DNA of 64,000 nt from Squalus acanthias (taxonomy: Eukaryota): positions 126,046,001 through 126,110,000 of the forward strand of contig CM059426.1 in the NCBI GenBank assembly GCA_030390025.1, read 5' to 3'. Below are positions 50,695-62,425 of the stretch, piece after piece. The notes beneath the pieces were generated by a model, which was not told the DNA's origin, ran no database searches, and saw nothing but the letters and a program-made list of their open reading frames with translations. Numbering within the stretch: the first letter of the stretch is position 1; each line of letters starts with the position of its first letter. Position numbers and translations under genes: made by a program.

Positions 50695-52430
50695 TAATTT
50701 ATAGGATGTGGATGATTCTGGCAAAGCCGCATTTATTGCCCATCTCTAATTGCCCTGAGAAGATTTTGGTGGGCTGCCTTCTCGAACTGCTACAGTACTT
50801 GTGATGATGATGCTCCCACAATAGTATTAGGTAGGGAATTCCAGGATTCTGACCTAGCAGCAATGAAGGATTGGCGATATATGTCCAAGTCAGGATAGTG
50901 CGTGACTTGGTGAGGAACTTGGCGGCAATGGTGCTTCCACAACTATGCTGCCGTTGTCCTTCGTGGTAGAGGTCGCAAAGGAGGGAAGTGCTGTCGAAGT
51001 AACCTTGCTGAGTTGCTGCAGCACACCCTGTAGATTGAACACATTGCAGCCAGTGATAATGATTCCAGTGGTAGGGGCACCAATCAAGCGAACTGCTTTG
51101 TCCTGGATGGCGCTGAGTTTCTCAAATATGGTTGCAGCTGCATCCATCCAGACAACTGATGCGTATTCCATCAAACTTCTGACTTGAGCCTTTTAGATGG
51201 GGCAGAGACACTGGGTCGTTGAGAAGTAAGCTAGTCATTGCAGAGTACTCAACCTCTGCCCTGTTGTTGTAATGTCTGGTCAATGGTGACCACCAAGATG
51301 TTGACGGTGGAGGATTTAGAAATAGTGGCGCGTTGATGGTCAAGAGAAGCTGGCTGGGCTTTCCCTTGTTTTGTGGTCGTCATTACCTGGCATTTATGCA
51401 GCACAAACGCTACCTGCGATTGTCAACCCAAGCCTGAATGTTATGCAGGTCCTGTTTTAGGCTGGCATGGGCTGCTTCATTATCAGAGGAGCTGAATAGT
51501 GGCATTGTCAGCGAGCAGCCCTACTGTACATTATGAAGGAGGGAATATCATTGATGAAGCAGCTGAAGATGGTTGGGTCAAGGATGCTTCCCTGAGGAAT
51601 TCCTCAAGTGATATCCTGGGGCTGTGGTGACCGGCTTCCAACAACTGCAACCATCTTTCTTTGCTTCGGGTAGGACGCCAGCCACTGAAGGGTTTTTCTA
51701 TTGACCAGCTTTGCTAGGGTTTTTTGGTGCCATACTGGTCAAATACAGCTTTGATATCGAGGGGCAACTAATCTCACCTGTTCTCTGACATTTAGCGCTT
51801 CCATTCATATCTGGAGCTGAGTGGTTCTAGTGGAACCCAAACTGTGTGAGAGTAAGCAGGTTATAGGTCAGCATTGCTTGAAGGCACTATTAATGACTCG
51901 ATCCATCATTTACTGACTATTGGAAGGAGGCTGACCGAACGGTAATTGGCTGGGCTAGTTTATCCTGTTTTTAGTTATATGACCGAGCAATCTTCCACAC
52001 TGTCGAGTAGATGCCACTGTCATAGCAGTAAATGGCGAGAGAAGCGGCTACCTCTGTGACACAGGTCTTCAGCACTACAGCTGGAATGCATCCAGTGCAC
52101 TCAGCCACTTCTTAAAGTCACGTGGAGTGAACCAAATTGGCCTGACACTGGTATCTATGACAGTGGGGACCTCCAGAGAAGGCCAAGAAACATCATGCAC
52201 TCAGCTCTTTTGGCTGAAGATATCTGCAAACACTTCAGCCTGGTCTCTTCCACCCACATGCTGGGCTCCACCATGGTTGATGCTGGGGATGTTCATGGAG
52301 CCTCCTCCTTCTGTTAGTTGCTTGGTTGTCAATCACAATTCTCGACTAGATGTGGTAGGGGTACAGAGATTTACTCTGATCCATTGATTGTGGGACTCCT
52401 TAGCTCGGTCTATAGCCTGTTGCATTCGGT
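50695..52430 (-). mobile_element. Old LINE (second CR1/L2-group family)
   Basis: Reverse similarity to 26445-27445 and 15149-16165; MEYASVVWMDAA...IQDKAVRLIG. Confidence 0.75.
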
Positions 52431-53022
52431 GTGTTACCTTTTGAAAGCATTCCTATGAAATCTGCTTCCACCACCCTTTCAGATAGTGTGTTCCAGATCT
52501 TAACATGCTGTGTGACAAAATTTCTTCTCACTTCTTCTCTCGTTATTTTGCCAATTATTTTAAATCTATGACCTCTGGTTACCAACCCAATTGCCAAAGG
52601 AAACAGTTTCTCCCTACTTGCTATCAAAACCGTTCATAATTTTGACTACCTCCATTAGGTCTCCCCTTAACCTTCTTTGCTTTAAAGGAGAACAATCCCA
52701 GTTTCTCCACATAACTGAAGTTGCTCATCCCTGGTATCATCCTGGTAAACCTCCTCTGCACCCTCTCCAAGGCCTTGTCATCCTTCTGAAAGTGTGGTGC
52801 CCAGAATTGTACACAATACTCCAGCTGAGGCCTAACCAGTGATTTGTAGAGGTTTAGCATGACTTCCTTGTTTTTGTATTCAATGCCCCTATTTACAAAG
52901 CCAAGTATCCCATACACTTTCTTAACTGCCTTATCAACTTGCCCTGCCACCTTCAAAGATTTGTGAATATGCACCCACAGGACCCTCTGCTCTTGCACAC
53001 CCCTCAAAATAGATTATATATA

Positions 53023-53335
53023 CTAAAGCAAAATACTGCAGATGCTGGAAATCTGAAATAAAAACAGAAAATGCTGGAAATACTCAGCAGGTCAGGCAGC
53101 ATCTGTAGAGAGAGAAACAGAGCTAACGTTTCAGGTCGATGACCCTTCGTCAGAACTGGAAAAAGCTGGAGATGGAACAGGTTTTTAAGCAAGTGCAGGG
53201 GCAGGGAAAGGGGGAGGGGAGGAAAGAACAAAAGGCAAGGTCTGTGATAGGATGGAAGGCAGGAGAGATTAAGAGACATTGAGAGATTAAGAGATGGTGC
53301 AAGGCAAAAGGAGATGGTAATGGGACAAGATTAAA
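53023..53335 (-). mobile_element. Solo Penelope-like pLTR (family 2)
   Basis: Reverse complement of about 39520-39837. Confidence 0.85.
53121..53157 (-). ncRNA. Minimal hammerhead motif, sense to TMEM175 intron 1
   Basis: agtt-CTGACGA-a-gggtc(atc)gacct-GAAA-cgtt-agct; G.U pairs preserve both stems. Confidence 0.65.
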
Positions 53336-53892
53336 AATACTGCCTTTCCATGTCATTCCTCCCAAAGTGCATTACTTCACACTTATCCGCGTTAAATTGT
53401 GTCCGCCCACTTCACCAGTCTGTCTATGTCCTCCTGTAGTCTGCTACTATCCTCCTCACTATTTACTACATTGCCAAATTTTGTATCATCCACAAACTTC
53501 AAAATTGTACTCCCTATACCCATATCCAGGTCATTTATATATAAGAAAAGCAATGGTCCTAATACCGATCCCTGGAAGACCCCACTGCATACTTCTCTTC
53601 AGTCAGAAAAACATCCGTTCACTACTACTCTCTGCCTCCTATCTCTTAGCCAATTAAGTACCCAAATTACCACCATCCCTTTAATCCCATGTGTTTCTAT
53701 TTTCCGAATAACTCTGCAATGTGGTACTTTATCCACTCCTTTTGAAAGTCCACATATTCAATATATACCTTTATCTGTTTTCATTTTTTAAATCTCTTAT
53801 CCTCTTAGCATACTTACTGTTGCGAATACACAGCATGATGATATGGAGGATGTGCCAACTGGAAGTAGATATTGGAGGTATTCAGCAGTACT

Positions 53893-53925
<33 letters not shown>
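53893..53925 (+). repeat. G33 homopolymer
   Basis: 33 consecutive G. Confidence 0.9.
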
Positions 53926-53926
<1 letters not shown>

Positions 53927-53936
53927 GATGGAGTTA

Positions 53937-54334
53937 CAGGAAACTCTATTAACCGGCACCGACGGGACCGGCGTGGTGCCGGTTTATCGAAAGTACCGGA
54001 TAACAGAGAGTTTTATCTACCGAGGCTATTTTTAACAAAGAAAAATAAATAAATCATGAAATGTGCAGTATACTTCCAACAGCGCCAGGAGGCCGAGTAG
54101 TGGCACTTTTGAAAACTACCCCTACTGACTAAATCGCCGTTCGCGGACTCGGACTCGGGATCGGCAACATTGCCGGTTATTTGAGAGGAGTTTTCGGAGT
54201 ACTCGGCGTTCGCGGAGACTCGACTGCGACTCGGCAACATTGCCGGTTATTTGAGAGGAGTTTTCGGAGGATGATTTTTGCCGGTTAAGCGAGAATTCCG
54301 GATATTTGGGTGCCGGATAAACAAAAGTTTCCTG
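53937..54334. mobile_element. pogo/Tigger-like MITE (same family as 37495-37965)
   Basis: Same TIRs and TA TSD; carries an internal deletion and an internal duplication. Confidence 0.85.
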
Positions 54335-55385
54335 TATTTGCACGGGGGCAATTCTGCACTTAGTTAGCAATGGAGAATGGTCCTGGAATTTGGCAGAACC
54401 GTGTTGGGGATCCTGGAGTTGACTGCACTACAGAGGGGCTGCTCGAGTTAGGCACCATGGACGGTCCTTTGATCTAGTATCACTGTGAAACTTGGGAGTT
54501 TAGCAGAACAGTGGAAGGCAGAGCAGAGGTTTGCCACAAATGGGGTTTGAATGTGAGGTTTGGCTCACTGGTGGATTCCTAGTATCTGTTAGCAGTGAGG
54601 GGAGGGGCAGAGCATAGGCCAGACAGTAGTGGATTGGGGTGGGGGGGTGGGGAGGGGTGGGGGCATCCCATGTGGTGCAGCGCTAGTTTGTGTCCATCTA
54701 AGGCATCTCCGTAAACATCGAATTTGGTGATTTGTGATTGAATTGTGGATGTGTATCTCTATGTCTCTCCGACTCTCATGCTTCATCTCTCTTTACTCAC
54801 ACAGGTAAAAGTAAAATGTAAACAGTCTAATTGCTAACCATCAAAACGGGTGGTAATTAAAGCTTTCAAAATGCAACTTTTTTTTTATGGAAACACACTG
54901 AAGTAGGTTTTCAAATGCCCACTTCCATTGGGTGGGTGGAGCGAGCAAAGCCCGAACAATTTTCATGGTCAGGCCTCATTAGCACTGCTTTTGGAGCAGC
55001 TTACTGATTAGATGCGGAAGGAAATCTGGTGGCTCTGCCATGTAGTCCAACTGGTGCAGTTAAGTTGGGATGGGTGGAGGAAGAGGCAATTCCGGGGAGC
55101 AATAATGCTCCTCTTTGCCCCATAAAAATTGTTTATAAAACTTTTCTTTGAGAGGCCTGCAGTGATCCCTTTAACGGCCGCTGGTTAGGCTGCTCAATGC
55201 CAAGTACCAATGGGTAGAATGACTGTGGCTCCGCTCACTGGTACTTTAAAATTGCATTGAGATCCTATTGACGCTATAGGACCCTGATTTGCATGGGATA
55301 ATGAGGCTCCTACCCGTTTCTTTTGGGTGCTACTGTCCAGTCCTGTCCTGCAAGGGGGGTAGGGCGGAGGGAAGAAAATCAGCCC

Positions 55386-55411
55386 GTGTGTGTGTGTGTG
55401 TGTGTGTGTGT
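55386..55411. repeat. (GT)n microsatellite
   Basis: About 13 GT units. Confidence 0.9.
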
Positions 55412-55486
55412 CCTTTTCTGTTCCTGTGCCTGACAGCTAGAATTATTTACAGTTAGAATGTTTACATTTTCTGTTAACATAATGGC

Positions 55487-55954
55487 AGCGACTGCTGCCA
55501 ACGAAGTTGAAGTAGTTGTGCATGCGCAGTCGAAGTGTTTTTTTGGTTGTTCGCTTTGCGAATCACGGGCTCTGGGGGAAAAAAAGCCAGGAACGGAGCA
55601 GGCTTTGTGAAAAAAAGCCGGGAACGGAGCGGGTCTTCGGGACTGTAGGGAAAAAAAGCCAGGAATGGAGCAGGCTCTGTGGGGAAAAAAAGCCGAGAAC
55701 GGAGCAGGTCTTCGGGACTGTAGGAAAAAAAGCCGGGAACGGAGCGGGTCTTCGGGACTGTAGGAAAAAGCCGGGAATGGAGTGGGTCTTCGGGACTGTA
55801 GAAATAAAAGCCGGTAATGGAGCAGGCTCTGTGAAAAAAAGCCGGGAACAGAGCAGGCTCTGTGGGGGAAAAAAAAGCAGTATCATCGATATCAGCTTCC
55901 AGAATAATGCATAGAACGCTTCTGCGCAGCCTCCTGTCGTTGGCAGCAGTCACT
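55487..55954. mobile_element. Inverted-repeat element with an internal minisatellite
   Basis: 18-bp inverted repeats AG(C/T)GACTGCTGCCAACGA at 55487-55504 and 55937-55954 enclose 8 tandem units. Confidence 0.65.
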
Positions 55955-56766
55955 CCGTAACATAATAGGTGATAATCAAATGCAATAATTAGAGGTTGCT
56001 TGTTTCAAAATTCTACTTTTTAAAAAATAGAACTTAATTTATGTGAGGACATCTCTCTCTGAGCTTAATGACATTCTGAAATTTAAAGAATACCAAACAA
56101 AAGTTACAACAGGTGTGAATTCAGTAGTCTCTCTTCTTCCCCCCCTCGCAACCTTTCTGTTTTTACCTAAATAAAGATTTTGAACTTGTCTTCTAGCTTT
56201 TTTTCAAATTAGTTTGAAAAACTTTTGAGCGGAAACTACTAAAAGCTAAAGAAAATTATTCCATCAGTATAGCTGATGCTTTGAGAAATTAAGCACACTT
56301 CACGTGTTCAGACTGCACAATCCAAATTCAGCTCAGAGTCACAGCTCTGGGCAAAAACATCAAGTTCAAACCCAGGTTTTTGAGAAAGACTGATGCCTCC
56401 AAGTAATAATGTTAATGAATGCATTAAGACACAAAAGACAATTCTGTTGATGAATGTAATTGTATTACTGTGAAATATACAATTTTTGATTTTTTTTTAA
56501 ATTTAGTTGGGTATTTATTTTGGACATTAGACATTTTAGTTACTGAGAAAAAAATGATGTGAAAAAATTGTTCACCAAGTCTTTTGAGTGATTTGTGGGA
56601 ATCCAGTGGCCAGATTGTGCAATCGTAGTGACAAGCTTATGTAGACAAAATCCACTATAAATGAGGACAAAGCAGTTTATAATAGGGAAAAGATGACACA
56701 AAGTGCGACAATAAAGTGACAACAGGAAGCCAAGTTGTGCAGACAGAATGTATGCTCAGACATAAG

Positions 56767-57506
56767 GGCCCGAAAATTAAACCTAATACGCGAGAGTACG
56801 CACTGTGTACTCTCGCGTATTAGATCCTGAATTGCCGGTTTCCTGCATGCACTGCGCATGCGCGGGAAACCGGCACTTCGTGAATTGAAAAGGGCACTAC
56901 AGGCTGTGCGCACGCAGTGCACTTAGTTTTTTTTTCAGCTTTGAACGCGCAGGTAAGTGGTGAAGATTTTACACACAAAGAAAGCAGGCGTAGGACCCCC
57001 TTTTAACAAGGTAAGTAGTTAATTAAGTGTTATTTAAAATTTTTTCAACAGGTTTATCTTTTTTAGAGACTTTAAAGAAAGGTAAGTTTATTTTTATAAC
57101 TTTAAAAAGATTTTAAATTTTTTCAAAAATTTAATTTTTTGTTTAAAGTGGTTAATTTATTTAACTATACTCATTTTATTAATGTGATGGCTTTTTTTTA
57201 AATTTAATTGAGGTTTAGCTGTTCTTTTGGGGGGGGGGGTGTAGTATTCATAGCTTTGACAGCTCTTGCCGTCAAAACTATGAATGAAAGATGGTGTGCT
57301 GCCATTGGCTCTAACTGAATCACGTGATCCCAGAGCTCGCACGAACTAATTGCGTCTCTGGGTCACGCAAGCACCGCACGGTTCCAACAGAGAGAGCCTT
57401 TGAAACTAAAGTTGGTGTGGGCCCGGAGCAAAAAGGTAGGCGCGGAGTGCGATATCGCGGGGAATCCTTACCCCCGCGGGAACCATCCATGTTTAATTTC
57501 TGGGCC
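56767..57506. mobile_element. Harbinger-type MITE
   Basis: 16-bp TIRs ggcccgaaaattaaac / rc ggcccagaaattaaac; AAG TSD. Confidence 0.85.
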
Positions 57507-57536
57507 AAGATTTTTAATATATTATAGATAGATATA

Positions 57537-58393
57537 GGGGGAAAAATTCGGTTGGATTGCACCTCCCGTTAGTGCCTTAAGAGGGCGCTAATGGGGCGCG
57601 ATGTTTGCACCGCTCACGAAATTAACTAGACATTTTGCGGTGGCGCTAAACACAACCGCCACGATATCCTGCGCCGGCCGATCGTGACGTCAGTCGAGAG
57701 TGCAACATCCCAGTAGCGCCCCGGACCGGATATTGAGTGGCGCCCCCTGTCTTACCGTCTGCCGTTAGCAACGACAGGTTGAGGGGAGCGTTTTGCAGTC
57801 TGGAAGGGACTGGGGGAGCGCTATTTAAAGGCGACCGCTTCCTGCCTTTTTTTGTCGGCGAAATTTTTGCACCACGCATTCTGAGAGGGGGACTGCAGGA
57901 GATATTCAAAGCTGTGTTGAGGAGTTTTGGGTACTGAGCAGCACTTTGCAGGTTCTTTCTGGTTTGATCTTCCTTGCATCGATTTAGAAGAGAAGATGGG
58001 GGCTGCAGTCTGAGCTCTTTCCCTGGGCCTCTCCATTGTTCTTTCCAGCAGAATTGATGTACAGGTCTCTGCAGGCTGAGATTCAAAGGCTGCAATGAGC
58101 AGGGTGTGGATGGAGAGCAAGATCGACCCTCACCTTTAAGAACTGGCCGGCGCCAGTGTGTCTGTGTTCCATTGCTGACTGACATCACGAGCTTCGCCAA
58201 CGCTCTGAGGTAGCGCCTCGCTCCTCGGCCTTTGCGCCTTAAAACAGGTGTAGCGCCTGATTTAGCGCTCAATCACCTCCAGGGGCGATAAAAGCCAAGT
58301 TTGCAGTCGGAGGCGATAATTAGCGCCAGGCGCTAAACTTTGCGCCCGGCCGATAATCGCGCCCCAAACGGGGCGATACCGAATTTCTCCCCC
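57537..58393. mobile_element. Harbinger-type MITE (CpG-rich)
   Basis: TIRs gggggaRaaattcggt; ATA TSD at 57534-57536 and 58394-58396. Confidence 0.87.
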
Positions 58394-59102
58394 ATACTGT
58401 TTAGCTGTTCTGATTCTGCATTTTTAATATAAAGTGTGACTATGAAAAAGACAGTTTTTATCTGTGCTGCTAAAAATTAATTTTTCAGAAACTAAACAGA
58501 CATTACATAAAATGCTTAATCAGGAACATAAACCTTGGGCAACTTCTCTCTTTCGAACATGGAGCAATGTAATCTTCCTGGCCTGTATAGTTGGATAAAT
58601 TAGTTGAGCCATTGATGATATCCAAAGGAATGTGCATAGATACACATGTTTTTATTATTAAATATATTGTGTTTTGAGGGGGAAAGATCATGATTTTAAT
58701 TTGTAAACTCAATTTTTAGCTTTATCGTGCAATATTCCTTGAAGATGGGAAAAGGCTTTCTTTTACAAAAAATATTTACTCTAATGGCAGGAATATGTGA
58801 ACACAGGAAAATTTGTGATTGTGAGGCAAGGGAAGTCATGCCATAACCAGATGATGATTAAAATAATCACTTGTTAATGTCTTACAAAGTTTGTTGATTT
58901 TTACTTCTGTTCTTCTGGGTGAATATATACATGTATAAAACAGAGATCTCTTATTAATCCAAATACATGGCCTTCCTCATCTGTGTCTAGCTTGCGATCT
59001 GCATTAAAAAAACATACTACCAGAATTGTAATGTTTTAAAATCTAATAAAGTGATCATCTTCCTACAGTAATACCTATACCAAAGCTGTCCTCTCCTTTT
59101 AT

Positions 59103-59313
59103 TGAGAGGTCGCACAACACCAGGTTATAGTCCAACAGTTTTATTTGAAATCACAAGCTTTCGGAGCTATCGATTGCTCCTTCCTCAGGTGAAGGAGCAA
59201 TCGATAGCTCCGAAAGCTTGTGATTTCAAATAAAACTGTTGGACTATAACCTGGTGTAGTGCGACCTCTCAATTTTGTCCACCCCAGTCCAACACCGGCA
59301 TCTCCGCATCATG
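59103..59313 (+). mobile_element. Fold-back Penelope-type pLTR insertion, family 1, copy 3
   Basis: Palindrome 59101-59273 plus tail; 12-bp TSD CTCTCCTTTTAT at 59091-59102 and 59314-59325. Confidence 0.82.
59151..59192 (-). ncRNA. Minimal hammerhead motif, sense to TMEM175 intron 1
   Basis: tcac-CTGAGGA-a-GGAGC(aatcgata)GCTCC-GAAA-gctt-gtga. Confidence 0.75.
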
Positions 59314-59566
59314 CTCTCCTTTTATAACAGTGTAATACCTATTAGGAATGTAAGTTGTGAAACACAATAAACTAGTTCTAGCATACAGAGTCAGCAGAGA
59401 CTACAACACATGATGATTCACATAGGAGGAGCTTTGCTGTGTTGCAAAGTATGAAATATGATTCTTGCCAACCCATTTCCCAAGAAGCTCACATTACTCC
59501 AGCTGACTTGTAATCAGGTCAGAGAGAAGTGGGATTGCCTGGACTGGAGGTAAATTCTTTAAATTA

Positions 59567-60239
59567 TGGCCCAGAATGTGCTGAAAAAATAATGGCGTGT
59601 GAACGATGCACACCATTATTAATCTGCAAATCAGCCAGCAACTTGTGGCGAGGAAGGTACCGTGAATTGCGAATGGCCACAAGTTGCTGGCCGATTTGTG
59701 CCACTCGCTGTTAGCTTTGCAAAAATGGCACCTCACCCTTAACCTCCCCGTGAGTTTCATGAATTTGTTGCATTTGCACAATTGCCCATTAAGCTCACCA
59801 GAAAGGTAAGTTTAGTAATTAACAGCGCAAGTACCCTTTTTGTGATGTGATAACTGCCAATCAACCTCTCTTGCCTAGAAAATAAACAATTAAAAGTGTG
59901 GTGTCTCATTCCTTCAGGTTGTGAATTGTTGGAGATTTAAAAAATGTCAAAGTAAAAAATTTTTACTTTTCCTTTCTGTCTCTCTCTTAATCCAATCTTT
60001 CTTTCCCTTGTATTTCTTGTGTTTCTCTTTCTGTACCTGATTTGACATTGAATTTACCCATTCTAATTCACCCTCCTTCCTCTGTTTTGTCCAGTTGTTC
60101 ACCAAGGTCCCAGATGTCCTGTTGCCCTCGTCGCACTGTTATCAGCTCACACTTCCAGCAACTTTGTGGGCAAAAAATTTTAAAACCTAAAAGGTGTACG
60201 AACAAGTCTAACAGGACACACTCAGCAAAATCTGGGCCA
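59567..60239. mobile_element. Harbinger-type MITE
   Basis: TIRs tggcccagaatgtgctga / rc tggcccagattttgctga; TTA TSD. Confidence 0.82.
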
Positions 60240-61075
60240 TTATGTTTCTTTTAAAAAAGAGATACATTAAATAAAAGGCATACAATTTAAAATAAGGCAT
60301 ACAATTCCTTTAAAAATGATCAGCATGGCAATTGTCCCTCTCTACTGTGGTAAAACCAAACAAAACTCAAATTAAATCATCTGAAATCTGCTACCCAACT
60401 AAATGTACAGCACATTACACTTTTCAGAAATTTCATTCTGAAAACCCCAAATGACAGCACCCCAAATCAAGATAAATCTTGGCATTTTTAAAATTAAAGC
60501 AGATAACCGATCGAAACCGAGGCGACAAAATAATGGATCATAATGCTTTATCAGATACCAAGTTTCTTTGACGAAATTGACTTGCACTGTTGAAAATCAC
60601 CTGTGCTTATTGAGTATATTCATCTAGTAACCCACATGTAAGTTGAGACTTAACTTATTATGTGTTTTGATTATGTTGTATCCACTTATATCCAACAGAA
60701 TCTAATTATGATCCTACAGAATCGGATTGATGTAATTTAAAATACTCATCTATTTATCTACCTTCAATTGTTCATTGCTATTTAAGCAATTTACCACCTG
60801 AAGACTTTCAGAAGCTTCTGAGATAACATGGTGTTTATTCAGCATAATAAACACCATCACATAGAATACTTGGGGTTACATTTTGCTGTGTTAGTTAATT
60901 TTCGTGAAAAAGTAGATGTTGTGTACTTGCAGCTACTTTTTTTTTTGCCAAAAATGGAATAGAATACTATACAATATTCCCTAATTTCCAGGATTTGGAA
61001 AGGGCTCTGGATGAAGATCTGCATTTACTTTACAAACAAAAAATGAAAGTAACTGCCAGAGGACTCATCAACGAA

Positions 61076-61312
61076 CAAACTAACATTTATATACCGCCTT
61101 TCATATACTCAGGACATCCCAAAGCACTTCACAGCTAATGAATTGCTTTTGAAGTGTAGTCACCTTTGTTTTGTGGGCAAAAGCAACAGCCAATTTGCAT
61201 ACAGCAAGGTCTCACAAACAGCAATGAGATGAATGACCAGTTAATGTGCTCTTGGTGGCTGAAGGATTAATGTTAGCCAGGATCACATGAGAACTCCCCT
61301 GCTCTTCTTCAG
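61076..61312 (-). mobile_element. Partial SINE (3' half, same family as 18526)
   Basis: Colinear with 18526-18775. Confidence 0.75.
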
Positions 61313-61533
61313 ATTTAGTGATTAAACTGGTAATGAAGTAGCATATTCAATATTTATATGATCCCAGATTAGTTTAGAGCAATGATGGGTAATGGGGGCA
61401 AATGACAGTAAGCAGATTATAGAAAGATAAACCAATAACATGAGGCACAAGCTTGAAGTGTGAAATAAAACAGAAAATGCTGGAAATACTCAGCAGGTCA
61501 GGCAGCATCTGTGGAGAGAGAAACAGAGATAAT

Positions 61534-62343
61534 GGGGGTGATTTTGCCAATGGGGAGCTTTTGGAGGCGGGACTCCCACTTGTTGGGTTTCAGTCCCGCC
61601 TCCATCAACTTCTGGCCAACCCACGCTATTTTCCCTTGATTGACCTTGTTAAGACCGCCCAGTGGGCTTAGCAGGCCAATTAAGGGAAAGCCGGTTGCAG
61701 AGAACGTCAACGTATGACGTTTCATCTGTCAAAAATTTTTGACTGATGAATTGTCATCATTTGACAGCTCTGTGAAGCTGTCAAACAGTGACATTCTCTG
61801 TAGTTTGATGAGGTCGTGAATTCAAGACCTCATCAAACCTCTTTCTTTTGCAGAAATGAGATGGTTGTTGCATTGGAGAATGCAACGGCCATCTGTCATC
61901 TCTACCGCGGAGGTGCGAAACTCTCCGCATACCCACTGACTGAGCCTGCAGGAAGAAACAAAGGTAAGTGCACTTTTTCTAACACTTGCCACTTACCTCA
62001 GATACTCACCTCTCCACACTTGCACCCATCACTTACCTTCACAGCACACTTTTGCACCCCTCCGACCCCCGCAGACCCACTACTTGCGTCGGTGACCCTG
62101 GCAGGGTTCGGAGCCTTCGGGAAGCCCGCAGCACTTGTGTGGGCCTATTTTCTGCTTGTTAACTACCTGTTAACAGGCAGTTAATTGGCTTTAATCCCTT
62201 CCCGCCTCCAAGGAGACGGGACCCGGCGCGGGGCGGCTACCCGCCTCCTGGCAAGATGGCATGGAGGTGGGTTGGGAATCTGCCCCCAAACTCTGCCATT
62301 TTCCTGGCAGTCCCGCCTCCACAGGGCTGGCAAGATCGCGGCC
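61534..62343. mobile_element. Harbinger-type MITE (same family as 47834-48662)
   Basis: TIRs gggggtgattttgcca / rc ggccgcgatcttgcca; AAT/AAC TSD. Confidence 0.8.
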
Positions 62344-62388
62344 AACATTTCAGGTTGATGACCTTTCGTCAGAACAGAATCCTTTGTC

Positions 62389-62425
62389 AGTTCTGATGAA
62401 AGGTCATCGACCTGAAACGTTAACT
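62389..62425 (+). ncRNA. Minimal hammerhead motif (family 2, intact)
   Basis: agtt-CTGATGA-a-AGGTC(atc)GACCT-GAAA-cgtt-aact. Confidence 0.72.

Larger units (their letters stand above)
52435..53760 (-). mobile_element. CR1 LINE fragment interrupted by a solo PLE pLTR
   Basis: LVRPQLEYCVQFWAP ORF 52624-53007; the RT resumes after about 53340. Confidence 0.85.

Noticed and set aside
55579-55877. CRISPR-like repeat/spacer array
   Set aside because: The apparent spacers are only two recurring variants, there are no cas genes, and the context is eukaryotic.
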